DNA of 64,000 bases from Clostridia bacterium (lineage in GTDB: Bacteria; Bacillota; Clostridia; Oscillospirales; Acutalibacteraceae). Below are positions 9,552 to 19,514 of this stretch, one piece after another. Below the pieces are notes generated by a model, which worked only from the letters and a program-made list of their open reading frames with translations, did not search any database and was not told the origin of the DNA. Each line of letters opens with the position of its first letter. The first letter of the stretch is position 1. The stretch spans positions 7,647-71,646 of the forward strand of contig JAFVID010000028.1 of NCBI GenBank assembly GCA_017474205.1, given 5' to 3'. The position numbers were made by a program, and so were the translations under genes.

Positions 9552-11981
9552 ATGGCTAAGAAAAAGCAAACGAAAAAATCTCAAAAACAAAGCAAACAAA
9601 AGACAAAAAGAGAGGTAAATATTGAGGTATATGCCGTTATACTCTTTTTTGTATCCCTCTTTATTTTGCTGGTTTCGATTATTCCGGGCGGAAACTTCTG
9701 GAACAGTATGCACAAATTCTTTTTAGGGATCGGTGGATACCCCATCTATCTATGGACAATATTCGGATGCGTGGTTGGAGGACTAATATCCTTCGGCAAG
9801 GCAGGGGGCAAAAACACTGCCCGACTTATTGAAGGCGGTGTGGCAATATACTTCCTTCAAATTCTCACCGAAACCATTAAATATACCGATACCTTAACCT
9901 TTGGAAAATACATAACTACCGCATACACTAACGGTATAACCGGAGGTGGATTTTTCGGTGCAATTTTAGGATATCCCCTTGCCGCTTGGCTTGGAAAGGC
10001 AGGGGCAATTATCACCCTTTCTCTTTTGCTTTCTGCCCTTTTGATTATCGCTACGGGAATTCCCCTTTATAAAGTGCTTAAAACCACATCAAAACCCGCC
10101 GTTAAGGTTGCGGAAAAATCCAAAGAAATTATTGAGGAAAGAAAACGTCTTATTGAGGAAGCCCGTTTGGGCTCGGGTAGTGTGGATATCCCCCTCGACG
10201 GTGATGAAACACCCAAATCAAGAAAGAAGAACAAAGAAGAAACCATTGACGATAAACGCAAACGCCTTATAAATACATATAACGGTGAAAATCCCGATGA
10301 TGATAATAATCCCGATGCCGACATCGAAGTAAGCGAAGAAGAACAACGAAGCAAGGATATTGACGAAATTATTAAATCCCTTAACGGCGAAAATGATGAA
10401 GTCGTAGAGGAAGAGGATATTGTTGAGGATGAACCTATAGAAGAACCCAAAAAGAAGACCTCAAAACCCTTGCCCGATATGGTAGAGGTGGTCAATGACC
10501 AACCCGAAGAATACCGATATCCCCCCGTTACCCTTCTTAACAAAAACAAGAGCGGTTCCGACGTTGATATTAACGAAGAACTCCGTCAGAATGCCGCCCA
10601 TCTTGTAGATACCCTTAAGAGTTTCGGTGTTGAAACAAGGGTTATAAATATCAGTCGCGGCCCCACCGTTACAAGATACGAACTTCAACCCGCCGCAGGT
10701 GTTCGCATTAATAAGATAACCGCTTTAACCGATGATATCGCCCTTAACCTTGCCACCGCAGGTGTTAGAATTGAAGCACCTATCCCCAATAAATCGGCGG
10801 TAGGTATCGAGGTGCCCAATAAATCCTCCGCATCGGTGCTTTTACGGGACGTTGTGGATAGCGAAAAATTTGCCAATAGTGATAGCAAACTCACCGTTGC
10901 CGTTGGTAAAGATATCGCAGGTAATATTATCACCGCCGACCTTGCCAAGATGCCCCACATTCTTATTGCGGGTACCACCGGTTCGGGTAAATCGGTGTGC
11001 ATAAATACCTTCCTTACAAGTATTCTCTTTAACGCATCCCCCGAGGATGTTAAAATGATGCTTATTGACCCCAAGGTTGTTGAACTTGAGGTTTATAACG
11101 GACTCCCCCACCTTCTTGTCCCCGTTGTTACACAGCCCCGTAAAGCCGCAGGTGCTTTAGGATGGGCTGTTACCGAAATGGAACGTAGATATAAACTCTT
11201 TGGCGAGTGTCGTGTTCGTGATTTACAGGCATATAACGAATTTGCAAGAGCAAACGAAAATTTCCATAAGATGCCCCAAATTCTCATTGTTGTTGATGAG
11301 TTAAACGACCTTATGATGGTTGCTCCTTCTGAGGTTGAAGATTCTATCTGCCGACTTGCCCAAAAGGCACGTGCCGCAGGTATGCACCTTGTTGTTGCAA
11401 CCCAAAGACCTTCGGTTGACGTTTTAACCGGTCTTATTAAGGCAAACATCCCCAGCCGTATATCCTTTAAGGTGGCAAACCGTTTCGACAGTAACACCAT
11501 CCTCGATACCCAAGGTGCCGAAAAACTTCTCGGCAAGGGTGATATGCTCTTCTATCCCGTTGGACTTTCCAAACCCGTTCGTGTGCAGGGTTGTTGGGTA
11601 AGCGATGAAGAAATTAAGAACGTTATAAACTATATCACCAAGGATATAGATGAAGATAAAAATATCTATTCCACCGAAATCGAAGCCGCCATTGAGCAAC
11701 ACGCCGTTGAAACCAAGGGCAGCAAAAAGAACGATGATGAGGACGGCTTTGTTGACGGTGATGAACTCCTTGATGATGCAATTGAAGCCATCCTCGATGC
11801 AGGTGTTGCATCTACATCCCACCTTCAACGTCGTCTTCGTGTTGGACACGCCAGAGCAGGTCGTATTATGGATATTCTTGAAAACAAGGGTATAGTAGGC
11901 CCATATCAGGGCTCTAAACCCCGTGAAATTATGATTACCCGCCAACAGTGGATGGAAATGAAATCAAACATTGCGGATTAG
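9552..11981 (+). CDS. ftsK: DNA translocase FtsK/SpoIIIE
   Basis: 809 aa with N-terminal TM helices, an acidic low-complexity linker, Walker A GTTGSGKS, motor-domain blocks and a C-terminal gamma winged helix (LQRRLRVGHARAGRIMD). Confidence 0.95.
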   Translation: MAKKKQTKKSQKQSKQKTKREVNIEVYAVILFFVSLFILLVSIIPGGNFWNSMHKFFLGIGGYPIYLWTIFGCVVGGLISFGKAGGKNTARLIEGGVAIYFLQILTETIKYTDTLTFGKYITTAYTNGITGGGFFGAILGYPLAAWLGKAGAIITLSLLLSALLIIATGIPLYKVLKTTSKPAVKVAEKSKEIIEERKRLIEEARLGSGSVDIPLDGDETPKSRKKNKEETIDDKRKRLINTYNGENPDDDNNPDADIEVSEEEQRSKDIDEIIKSLNGENDEVVEEEDIVEDEPIEEPKKKTSKPLPDMVEVVNDQPEEYRYPPVTLLNKNKSGSDVDINEELRQNAAHLVDTLKSFGVETRVINISRGPTVTRYELQPAAGVRINKITALTDDIALNLATAGVRIEAPIPNKSAVGIEVPNKSSASVLLRDVVDSEKFANSDSKLTVAVGKDIAGNIITADLAKMPHILIAGTTGSGKSVCINTFLTSILFNASPEDVKMMLIDPKVVELEVYNGLPHLLVPVVTQPRKAAGALGWAVTEMERRYKLFGECRVRDLQAYNEFARANENFHKMPQILIVVDELNDLMMVAPSEVEDSICRLAQKARAAGMHLVVATQRPSVDVLTGLIKANIPSRISFKVANRFDSNTILDTQGAEKLLGKGDMLFYPVGLSKPVRVQGCWVSDEEIKNVINYITKDIDEDKNIYSTEIEAAIEQHAVETKGSKKNDDEDGFVDGDELLDDAIEAILDAGVASTSHLQRRLRVGHARAGRIMDILENKGIVGPYQGSKPREIMITRQQWMEMKSNIAD

Positions 11982-11995
11982 TTTTTTATGAAGAA

Positions 11996-12044
11996 TATCC
12001 CTCCACCGCTAACGCGGTCCCCCTCCCGTAAAGGCCAAGGGAGG
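11996..12044 (+). repeat. REP-like GC-rich hairpin element, copy 1
   Basis: TATCCCTCCACCGCTAACGCGGTCCCCCTCCC + GTAAAGGCCAAGGGAGGC. The core is identical to 17042-17073 and, in reverse complement, to 25318-25345. It contains hairpins ACCGC-TAAC-GCGGT and CCTCCC...GGGAGG. Confidence 0.85.
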
Positions 12045-12061
12045 CTAAAAAAGGAGAATTT

Positions 12062-13951
12062 ATGTTTTTACCTATCTCAAAACAGGATATGCTATCGAGG
12101 GGTTGGAATAGTATCGACTTCCTTGTTGTAACGGGGGATGCTTACGTTGACCATCCCAGTTTCGGCACGGCTATTATATCCCGCGTGCTTGAAGCCGAGG
12201 GTTTTAAGGTGGGTATATTATCCGCTCCCAACCACAAAAATCTCGATGCTTTCAAAATATTCGGCAGACCAAAATATGGAGCTTTAGTTTCGGCAGGTAA
12301 CATTGACTCAATGGTGTCTAACTACACCGCCGCCAAGAAAAAACGTAGCGATGATGCCTATTCCGCAGGGGGTAAAGGGGGCAACCGTCCCGATTATGCC
12401 TGTGCGGTATATTCTAAAAAGATAAAAGAAGCATATCCCGACCTGCCCGTAATTATCGGTGGGCTTGAGGCATCCCTTCGCCGATTCGCCCACTACGATT
12501 ATTGGAAAGATACGGTGCTTCCCTCAATTCTTATTGACTCTCAAGCCGACCTTTTAACCTTCGGTATGGGGGAAAATCAGACCATACAAATTGCCAACCG
12601 CCTTGCAAAGGGTGAGGATATCTCCACCCTTACCGATATTTTAGGAACCTGCTATATAACCGAAAATATCCCCGATAAAAAGGGGGTATTTCTTGCATCC
12701 TTTGAAAAGGTGTCAAGCGATAAACGTGCCTATGCCGAGGCAGCACGAATAGAACTTGAGGAACAGGATCACATCCGCGGAAAGGCACTTTTCCAAAAGC
12801 ACGGAAATAAGTATCTCGTGCAAAACGCCCCTATGCCTCCCCTTACCACCAAGGAACTTGATAGGGTTTATGCCCTTCCCTTTGAGCGATATTATCACCC
12901 CATTTACGAGGATATGGGTGGTGTCCCCGCCATTGCCGAGGTGGAATTTTCCATTACCCACAACCGTGGATGCTTCGGTGCTTGTAACTTTTGTTCTTTG
13001 GCATTTCATCAGGGTAGATACATCACATCCCGTTCAAAGGAATCGGTTATAAATGAAGCGAAACTACTTACCGAAAATCCCCATTTCAAGGGATATATCC
13101 ACGACGTAGGAGGTCCCACCGCCAACTTCCGCAAACCATCCTGCGAAAAACAAATAAAATCGGGACTATGCAAAAACAAAAAATGCCTTGCCCCGTCCCC
13201 CTGTCCTGCACTTAAGGTAGAACATAATGAATATCTCGATATTCTTCGTGCTATGAGGGATATCCCCAAGGTGAAAAAGGTGTTTATTCGTTCGGGTATT
13301 CGTTTTGACTACCTTTGCGAAGATAAGGATGACGCCTTTTTCAGAGAACTTGTTAAACATCACATCAGCGGTCAGTTAAAGGTTGCTCCCGAACACTGTT
13401 CCGCCGCCGTTTTGGATAAAATGGGCAAACCCCATATTGAATCATACATACGCTTTAAGAAAAAATATAATGCCCTCAATAAAGAAATGGGCAAGGAACA
13501 ATATCTTGTGCCCTATCTTATGTCATCCCACCCAGGGTCCCGACTTAAAGATGCAATTGAATTAGCATTGTTCCTTAAAAAAGAACGTATTCGTCCCCAG
13601 CAGGTGCAGGATTTTTATCCCACACCGGGAACAATATCTACCGCTATGTTCTATACAGGGATAGACCCCTACACAATGGAGGATATATTCGTTCCAAAAA
13701 CCCCCGAAGATAAGGCGATGCAACGGGCTCTTCTTCAATATTTCAAACCCGAGAATGCCGATATCGTTCGTAAAGCCCTCATTAAAGCAGGTCGAAAAGA
13801 CCTCATCGGTACGGGGGCTAACTGTCTTGTGCCACCCGATAAGAACGCAAAACCCACCACCGATAAAGGCAAACAAAACCGACACAATAAAACTAAGAAG
13901 GTGAGTCATCAATGGCAAGGTCCAAAAGGAAAATCGGGCAAAAAAAGATAA
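12062..13951 (+). CDS. ygiQ: YgiQ-family radical SAM protein (UPF0313)
   Basis: 629 aa. The N-terminus [10 protein letters not shown]...[13 protein letters not shown] is characteristic of YgiQ. It has a CxxxCxxC cluster (CFGACNFC) and a basic C-terminal tail. Confidence 0.85.
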   Translation: MFLPISKQDMLSRGWNSIDFLVVTGDAYVDHPSFGTAIISRVLEAEGFKVGILSAPNHKNLDAFKIFGRPKYGALVSAGNIDSMVSNYTAAKKKRSDDAYSAGGKGGNRPDYACAVYSKKIKEAYPDLPVIIGGLEASLRRFAHYDYWKDTVLPSILIDSQADLLTFGMGENQTIQIANRLAKGEDISTLTDILGTCYITENIPDKKGVFLASFEKVSSDKRAYAEAARIELEEQDHIRGKALFQKHGNKYLVQNAPMPPLTTKELDRVYALPFERYYHPIYEDMGGVPAIAEVEFSITHNRGCFGACNFCSLAFHQGRYITSRSKESVINEAKLLTENPHFKGYIHDVGGPTANFRKPSCEKQIKSGLCKNKKCLAPSPCPALKVEHNEYLDILRAMRDIPKVKKVFIRSGIRFDYLCEDKDDAFFRELVKHHISGQLKVAPEHCSAAVLDKMGKPHIESYIRFKKKYNALNKEMGKEQYLVPYLMSSHPGSRLKDAIELALFLKKERIRPQQVQDFYPTPGTISTAMFYTGIDPYTMEDIFVPKTPEDKAMQRALLQYFKPENADIVRKALIKAGRKDLIGTGANCLVPPDKNAKPTTDKGKQNRHNKTKKVSHQWQGPKGKSGKKR

Positions 13952-14841
13952 CCATAATCGTCCTTATTTTATGCTTTATAATATCGTTACTGCTCACCAT
14001 ATCCCCAAAAGAATCCCCTTTTAGCTGGAAGAAAATTTTTGAGGGGATGACATCCTCAAGCAGTCCCGCCATTGTAACCGACAGTGAAGACAGTATCCAC
14101 TTTATCGACGTAGGTCAAGGGGATTGCACACTGCTTGTTTCGGGAGATAACGCCGCCCTCATTGACTGCGGTGAAAACGGGTCGGGTAAAGGGGTTACAA
14201 AATATCTTAAATCTTTAGGTATTGAATCCCTTGACTTCCTTATTTTCAGTCATCACGATAGCGACCACATTGGTGGTGCGGATGAAATTTTAGAAAAAAT
14301 CCCCGTAAAAAATATATACACCGACCTTGTTCCAAATCCCAAGGACAACGAAAGTTTTAACGACGTTAAAAGGGTTTGCAAAAGCAAAGGCACCGAAATT
14401 CTTATCCCAAAGAATTTGCAAGAAATATCCCTTGGCAGTATGGTGCTTAAATTTTATATCCCCACCCCCAAAGACCGCGATGATGAAAACGAAAACGGCA
14501 TTGTTGTTATGGCGGATGTGTGGGGAAGTCAGGTGCTTTTCACAGGAGATATAGGCATCAAAACCGAGAAAATGTTGATTGAGGAATATCCCGACCTCGA
14601 CTGCGATATTCTTAAAGTAGGGCATCACGGTAGCAAATATTCCTCCGACAAGGATTTCTTGAAGACCATAACCCCCGAATATTCGGTTATCTCGGTGGGT
14701 GCCGATAATAGTTACGGACATCCTACCACCGAAGCCCTCACCCGACTTTCTAAGGTAAACAGCAAAATCTACCGCACCGATACCTTAGGCACCGTGGTAT
14801 TTGAGTTCGATAAAAACGGAGCATTCGCCCCCGCATCGTAG
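13912..14841 (+). CDS. membrane-anchored MBL-fold hydrolase (ComEC C-terminal-domain-like)
   Basis: 309 aa with an N-terminal TM helix, beta-lactamase-fold motifs HHDSDHIGG and GHHGS, and a YGHP block as in the ComEC/Rec2 C-terminal domain. Confidence 0.7.
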   Translation: MARSKRKIGQKKITIIVLILCFIISLLLTISPKESPFSWKKIFEGMTSSSSPAIVTDSEDSIHFIDVGQGDCTLLVSGDNAALIDCGENGSGKGVTKYLKSLGIESLDFLIFSHHDSDHIGGADEILEKIPVKNIYTDLVPNPKDNESFNDVKRVCKSKGTEILIPKNLQEISLGSMVLKFYIPTPKDRDDENENGIVVMADVWGSQVLFTGDIGIKTEKMLIEEYPDLDCDILKVGHHGSKYSSDKDFLKTITPEYSVISVGADNSYGHPTTEALTRLSKVNSKIYRTDTLGTVVFEFDKNGAFAPAS

Positions 14842-14874
14842 TAAATTTATCCCTTAAAATGGAGTTGAAAATAT

Positions 14875-15615
14875 ATGCCGCTACTTGACGATTTCGCATT
14901 ACAATATACCGTTATGGAGGAATTTTCCCCCGTTGCCGCCATTATTGTTGCGGCAGGAAATTCCACCCGAATGGGTCAAAATAAACAGTTTATCCCCCTT
15001 TGTGGCATCCCCATCGTTGCCCGTTCACTTCTCGCCTTTGAGACCTGTGCCAAGGTGAGAGATATTATTGTGGTAACAAAGGAGGATTGCATTGCCGATA
15101 CTCAGCGTATTTGTGATGAATATAATATATCTAAACTCACCGCCATTGTTAAAGGTGGCGAAACCCGTCAAGAGTCGGTGGAAAACGGTATAAATGCCGC
15201 CGCTTTGGATATATCCTACTTCGCCATTCACGACGGGGCAAGACCTTTGGTTACCCCAGACGATATTAGTGAATGTATAGACGCCGCCCGACTAAACGGC
15301 GGTGCCGCTTTGGGTGTATATGTTAAGGATACCATTAAACGAGTCAACATAGAAAAACGCATTTTAGAAACCCCCAACCGCGAATTTTTAATGGCGGTAC
15401 AAACCCCACAAATATTCGAAGCCGAAATTTATAAAAACGCCCTTAAAAAAGCAAAGGCAGAAAATCTTGCCGTTACCGATGACTGCGCTTTAGTTGAGAA
15501 TGCAGGATACCCCGTATTCATCGTAGAGGGCAGTTACGAAAATATCAAGGTAACCACACCTGAAGATATTGCTGTAGCACAGTCCATTTTAGAAGGGAGA
15601 ATGTCAAATGATTAG
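14875..15615 (+). CDS. ispD: 2-C-methyl-D-erythritol 4-phosphate cytidylyltransferase
   Basis: 246 aa. It has the AAGNSTRMG nucleotide-binding block and the typical IspD length, and it overlaps ispF. Confidence 0.9.
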   Translation: MPLLDDFALQYTVMEEFSPVAAIIVAAGNSTRMGQNKQFIPLCGIPIVARSLLAFETCAKVRDIIVVTKEDCIADTQRICDEYNISKLTAIVKGGETRQESVENGINAAALDISYFAIHDGARPLVTPDDISECIDAARLNGGAALGVYVKDTIKRVNIEKRILETPNREFLMAVQTPQIFEAEIYKNALKKAKAENLAVTDDCALVENAGYPVFIVEGSYENIKVTTPEDIAVAQSILEGRMSND

Positions 15616-16087
15616 AATAGGCCACGGATACGATGTCCACCGCCTTGTGGAAGGCAGAAAACTCATTTTAGGCGGAGTTACTATCCCCTATGATAAGGGT
15701 CTTTTAGGCCATTCCGATGCCGACGTTTTACTCCACGCTTTGTGCGATGCCCTCCTTGGTGCCGCGGCACTTGGAGATATTGGCAAACTCTTCCCCGACA
15801 ACGATATGAAGTTCAAGGATATCGACAGTATGATACTTCTTGGTGAAACGGTAAACGTCCTTAAACAAAATGGATATTCCCTTGTTAATGCCGATATTAC
15901 CGTCATAGCTCAAGCCCCCAAACTTAGCCCTTATATTATGGAAATGCGAGAAAATATTGCAAAAAAAATTGGCGTTGACAAAGACAGAATAAGTGTCAAA
16001 GCCACCACCGAAGAAAAGTTAGGTTTTACGGGGAGTGGCGAAGGCATATCCGCCCACGCCGTATGTTTAATTGAAAAGCAAAATTAA
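15608..16087 (+). CDS. ispF: 2-C-methyl-D-erythritol 2,4-cyclodiphosphate synthase
   Basis: 159 aa. [10 protein letters not shown] and [11 protein letters not shown] zinc-site blocks. Confidence 0.95.
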   Translation: MIRIGHGYDVHRLVEGRKLILGGVTIPYDKGLLGHSDADVLLHALCDALLGAAALGDIGKLFPDNDMKFKDIDSMILLGETVNVLKQNGYSLVNADITVIAQAPKLSPYIMEMRENIAKKIGVDKDRISVKATTEEKLGFTGSGEGISAHAVCLIEKQN

Positions 16088-16091
16088 ATGT

Positions 16092-16127
16092 AAATCGGAT
16101 AACCGTATAATAATGGTTATCCGATTT
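16092..16127. terminator. bidirectional terminator hairpin
   Basis: 13-bp perfect stem AAATCGGATAACC / GGTTATCCGATTT with a 10-nt loop, between convergent ispF and the XRE gene. Confidence 0.75.
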
Positions 16128-16368
16128 ATTTATCTAATCCTAAGAAAAAGTCATCATAAGAACAGTTGTAAATTTTCTTGAGCAAAACAATAACACTAAT
16201 TTTAATGTTAAGTTCCCCCGACTCATATTTGGCATAGGTAGTTCTACCAATATCACAACCTCTGCGTTGCAATTCAGCACACAGTTTTTCCTGAGATATA
16301 CCAAACTCATCCCTTAATCTTCTGAGGTTATCCCCCATATTCAAATCTACTCTGATTTTTTGTTCCAT
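16126..16368 (-). CDS. XRE-family helix-turn-helix regulator
   Basis: 80 aa. It has a typical Cro/C1 HTH (LRRLRDEFGISQEKLCAELQRRG...RTTYAKYESG). Confidence 0.75.
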   Translation of the reverse strand: MEQKIRVDLNMGDNLRRLRDEFGISQEKLCAELQRRGCDIGRTTYAKYESGELNIKISVIVLLKKIYNCSYDDFFLGLDK

Positions 16369-16392
16369 TTAGCACACCTCACAAAACAATTG

Positions 16393-16404
16393 ACCAATAT
16401 TGGT
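16393..16404. promoter_or_regulatory. 12-bp perfect palindrome, candidate operator in divergent promoter region
   Basis: ACCAATATTGGT lies between the XRE gene (-) and the SLOG gene (+). A related half-site AATATTGACC occurs at 16440-16449. Confidence 0.5.
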
Positions 16405-16480
16405 TGCAACTACTTGTATTTTATGCTATGCTAAAGGAAAATATTGACCGCTATACTGGTCTATTTAGGGGCTGATACCA

Positions 16481-16918
16481 ATGAGGTGTACTTTTTTCGG
16501 GCATAAAGATTGCCCTAAAGATGTAGAAAAGCAACTACAAATGGTTATAATCGATTTAATCGAAAATAAAAAAGTAAGAAATTTTTTTGTGGGGAATCAG
16601 GGTAGGTTTGATTTTTTTGTTCGTAAAACACTTTTTCTATTGTCAAAAAAATATCCTATTAAATATACCGTGGTTTTGGCTTATATGCCAAGAGAACAAG
16701 AAAACTTTGATGAATATGTGGGCAATACACTTTATCCTAATGACATTGAAAACGTTCCTAAAAAGTTTGCAATTAGTTTTAGAAATCGCTGGATGATAGA
16801 AAACTCTGAATATGTTGTTACCTTTGTAAAATATTCTTGGGGTGGTGCTTCACAATTTAAAGAATTGGCAGAAAAAAAGCGTAAAATTGTTATAAATATT
16901 ACTACCGAAAAATTATAA
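16481..16918 (+). CDS. SLOG-superfamily protein (DUF1273/YpsA-like)
   Basis: 145 aa. The opening MRCTFFGHKDCP... and the overall pattern recalled for DUF1273. It is divergent from the XRE regulator. Confidence 0.6.
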   Translation: MRCTFFGHKDCPKDVEKQLQMVIIDLIENKKVRNFFVGNQGRFDFFVRKTLFLLSKKYPIKYTVVLAYMPREQENFDEYVGNTLYPNDIENVPKKFAISFRNRWMIENSEYVVTFVKYSWGGASQFKELAEKKRKIVINITTEKL

Positions 16919-16947
16919 CTAAATAAGTGAGAGTGGGAATTCCCTTG

Positions 16948-16990
16948 GCTCCCTCTGACGAGGGAGCTATCTTTTTGCCTGACAAAAAGA
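16948..16990. repeat. two adjacent GC/AT hairpin modules
   Basis: GCTCCCTC-TGAC-GAGGGAGC (16948-16967) and TCTTTTTG-CCTGA-CAAAAAGA (16970-16990). Same style as the modules at 25261-25295. Confidence 0.7.
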
Positions 16991-17000
16991 CTGGGGGGGA

Positions 17001-17037
17001 TACTACCTCTTACTTCTTCAATCTTACTTATTACTTT
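17001..17037. repeat. 7-bp-periodic degenerate tandem array
   Basis: TACTACC TCTTACT TCTTCAA TCTTACT TATTACT, read directly. Confidence 0.6.
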
Positions 17038-17041
17038 AAAA

Positions 17042-17089
17042 TATCCCTCCACCGCTAACGCGGTCCCCCTCCCTTTAGGCAAGGGAGGC
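17042..17089 (+). repeat. REP-like GC-rich hairpin element, copy 2
   Basis: TATCCCTCCACCGCTAACGCGGTCCCCCTCCC + TTTAGGCAAGGGAGGC. The tail is identical (reverse complement) to 25236-25254. Confidence 0.85.
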
Positions 17090-17125
17090 AAATATTTGTT
17101 ATCCAAACTGTAAAATTCTAACCAC

Positions 17126-17160
17126 AAAAAAACTGCGATAGGAAATCCTATCGCAGTTTT
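17126..17160. terminator. terminator hairpin family copy 1 (AAAACTGCGATAGG-N4-CCTATCGCAGTTTT)
   Basis: 10-bp stem CTGCGATAGG/CCTATCGCAG (17133-17142 / 17147-17156) with loop AAAT, flanked by A- and T-runs. It is just downstream of the 17201..18172 gene. Confidence 0.85.
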
Positions 17161-17200
17161 ATGTTATTTATTAAACGGTCAATTTAAACTATTTTGGTTG

Positions 17201-18172
17201 CTAAACCTTTTCGCGGGGGAAGAGATCTATCTTTTCAACCGAGTATTGAAGAATCAACAATGCGTCGGTAGCATCTACCTTACCGCTTGCGTCAACGTCT
17301 GCATAGTCAGCAGCTACACCGGAAAGACTGATTTTACCAACAGAGTGTTGAAGAGCATTCAAAGCGTCAGAAGCATCAACTTTTTTGTTGCCATCGGTAT
17401 CGCCGAATACTACTGCGGGAGGTGGGGGGGGATCGCCGCCTTCAAAATATTCTTTACGATATTTTTCAAACCATTCGGGAGGATTTTCCATCAATGTGTC
17501 AACGTCCATAAGTTCGCTTTCTCTGCCTGCGCCGTTTCTGGTAGCAACAACGTTGTCGATGTAGATGTAGGTGTAGTCGGGAGCAACGGGATAACCGTCA
17601 TCAACGAGTTGAACACCGTCAACGATGTTGGTGAGCAATACTTTAATACGTCTGATGTTGTTCAAGCTACCGGGAAATGCAGCGGGGAAGCCGCCGAAAT
17701 CAGCAATAGGCATTCTGATATGAACCCATCTTCTACCGGGGAGCCATACAGAGTTCATATTCCAACAAGCACCTTCAGGGTCTTCTTCAGAAGAACTAAG
17801 ACCGAAGCTCCAGTTGAAAGAAATTTCAGAAGAAGCATAAAAGTCGAGTTCGATGTATTCATATTTGGTAGCATCAAACACACCGGTAGTGGAAGCGGGA
17901 GTATTCCAGTCAGTATTGTGGAAGAAGATAGTTTGGTTGGTGGTGGTGTTTACGCAGTAAGATGAGTTACCTTGAACAGGGGCGGGGTGACCGAGTTCTT
18001 CGCTTTCACCAACAGGTCCCCAAAGACGACCGTAGCCGGTGGGATGGATACCGCAACCGTCGTCGGTTTCTGCAGCAAAGATCATGTAAGTATCGTCAGC
18101 GGCTGCGTTAACAGGAACCATAACTGCGGTTGACAAAACGATTGCTAAAACAAGAGCAATAATTTTTTTCAT
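17201..18172 (-). CDS. secreted dockerin-containing protein with one unassigned beta-sandwich-like module
   Basis: 323 aa with a signal peptide MKKIIALVLAIVLSTAVMVPVNAAA and a module paralogous to those in 37575..40058. An ENPPEWFEKYR motif and a poly-Pro linker follow, then a C-terminal dockerin. RBS AAGGAG lies upstream. Confidence 0.85.
   Translation of the reverse strand: MKKIIALVLAIVLSTAVMVPVNAAADDTYMIFAAETDDGCGIHPTGYGRLWGPVGESEELGHPAPVQGNSSYCVNTTTNQTIFFHNTDWNTPASTTGVFDATKYEYIELDFYASSEISFNWSFGLSSSEEDPEGACWNMNSVWLPGRRWVHIRMPIADFGGFPAAFPGSLNNIRRIKVLLTNIVDGVQLVDDGYPVAPDYTYIYIDNVVATRNGAGRESELMDVDTLMENPPEWFEKYRKEYFEGGDPPPPPAVVFGDTDGNKKVDASDALNALQHSVGKISLSGVAADYADVDASGKVDATDALLILQYSVEKIDLFPREKV
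17204..17413 (-). other. dockerin module (two F-hand repeats)
   Basis: GDTDGNKKVDASDALNALQHSVGK...ADVDASGKVDATDALLILQYSVEK. This is a duplicated Ca-binding D-x-D-x-x-G-x-x-x-x-x-D loop followed by a helix. Confidence 0.8.
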
Positions 18173-18277
18173 TTTTTGTTTCTCCTTTTAATGAAATATT
18201 TTTCTAGTTGCGACCGTTATGTTAATAAATATGCCCATATAGGCAGTTAAGCCGATAACCTCGCACTTAGCATACAT

Positions 18278-18306
18278 ATTATACACAAAATTGCCCTTTG
18301 TGTCAA
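18278..18306 (-). promoter_or_regulatory. sigma-A type promoter for the 323-aa dockerin gene
   Basis: The minus strand reads TTGACA (18306-18301), a 17-nt spacer, then TATAAT (18283-18278), about 100 nt upstream of the start codon. Confidence 0.6.
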
Positions 18307-18428
18307 TAGATTTTATTAAAGTTTCCAAATATTTTTTGTTTTTTTGGGGATTTTATTGCAATATGTCAAAAGATATACAACATTTAGTATCCATCTTAAT
18401 TTTTATCCCCAATTCTAAAAATTCCAAC

Positions 18429-18461
18429 AAAAAACTGCGATAGATATTCTATCGCAGTTTT
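18429..18461. terminator. terminator hairpin family copy 2
   Basis: AAAACTGCGATAGA-TAT-TCTATCGCAGTTTT lies immediately downstream of galE (stop at 18467). Confidence 0.85.
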
Positions 18462-18466
18462 AGTTA

Positions 18467-19486
18467 TTATTCGTAACCTTTAGGGTTATTTTGTTGCCAA
18501 CGCCAGGTATCTTCGCACATTTTATCTATGCCAAGTTCGGTTTCAAATCCTAAATATTCCTTTGCCTTTTTTGCATCGGCATAAAATTCGGGCAAATCGC
18601 CCTCACGTCGGGGGGCAAATTTACGGTTTACCGTTTTGCCTGATGCCTTTTCGAATGCACTTATAACCTCAAGGACACTATATCCCTTACCTGCACCCAA
18701 ATTATACATCTCAACACCTTCGCACTCATCCTTTTGCAAACGCTCAAGGGCGAGAAGATGACCTCTTGCAAGGTCGCAAACGTGAATATAATCGCGAACA
18801 CAGGTGCCGTCTTTGGTTTCGTAGTCATCACCGAAAACCGAAAGTTCCTTAAGTTTTCCAATGGCGACCTGAGAAATGTAGGGCATTAAATTGTTTGGAA
18901 TACCCCTTGGGTCTTCGCCGATTTTGCCCGATGGATGAGCACCGATGGGGTTAAAATATCGAAGCAAGGATATTTTCCATTCATTATCAGATACGGCGGC
19001 ATCCTTTAAGATTTCTTCAATCATAAACTTTGTTCTGCCGTAGGGACTTGAAATTTCAACCCCCGTTTTGAAGGTTTCAACATAGGGGATATCATTCCCA
19101 CCGTAAACGGTGGCAGATGATGAAAAAACTAATTTTTTGCATCCCATTTTTGCCATAACCTGACAAAGATTAACCGTGCCCGAAACGTTATTCTCATAAT
19201 AAGTGAAGGGAATTTTGCAGGATTCACCCACCGCCTTTAGTCCGGCAAAGTGGATAACCGCATCAATTTTGTTCTCCTCAAATATTTTTTCTATTCCCTC
19301 AACATCACGCAAATCACATTCGTACTTTTTTATGGATTTAGAGGTAATTTCCTCTACCCTTTCGAGGGATTTCGGGCTTGAGTTTGAATAATTATCTAAT
19401 GATATAACATCATATCCGTTATTCAGGAGTTCAACGCAGGTATGACTGCCTATGTATCCTGCGGCACCGGTTACTAAAATGTTCAT
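18467..19486 (-). CDS. galE: UDP-glucose 4-epimerase
   Basis: 339 aa. It has GAAGYIGSH Rossmann and YGRTK catalytic blocks and typical GalE length. Confidence 0.9.
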   Translation of the reverse strand: MNILVTGAAGYIGSHTCVELLNNGYDVISLDNYSNSSPKSLERVEEITSKSIKKYECDLRDVEGIEKIFEENKIDAVIHFAGLKAVGESCKIPFTYYENNVSGTVNLCQVMAKMGCKKLVFSSSATVYGGNDIPYVETFKTGVEISSPYGRTKFMIEEILKDAAVSDNEWKISLLRYFNPIGAHPSGKIGEDPRGIPNNLMPYISQVAIGKLKELSVFGDDYETKDGTCVRDYIHVCDLARGHLLALERLQKDECEGVEMYNLGAGKGYSVLEVISAFEKASGKTVNRKFAPRREGDLPEFYADAKKAKEYLGFETELGIDKMCEDTWRWQQNNPKGYE

Positions 19487-19514
19487 AAAAACGCCTCAAA
19501 AAATATTTATTGAT

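Noticed and set aside
10067-10549. 160-aa minus-strand Ser-rich ORF inside ftsK
   Set aside because: It is the antisense of the acidic low-complexity FtsK linker (Glu/Asp codons read as Ser/Leu on the other strand). It is an artefact.
16732-17127. 131-aa minus-strand ORF, and the 69-aa ORF at 25158..25367, sharing the peptide GTALAVEGY
   Set aside because: The shared peptide comes from reading through the REP-like DNA repeat. Both ORFs are made of hairpin modules and terminators and overlap the end of the real SLOG gene. They are not coding.
17198-17965. 255-aa plus-strand ORF
   Set aside because: It is antisense to the dockerin protein gene, which has a signal peptide, an RBS, a promoter and paralogues in the window. 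The plus-strand product is low-complexity.
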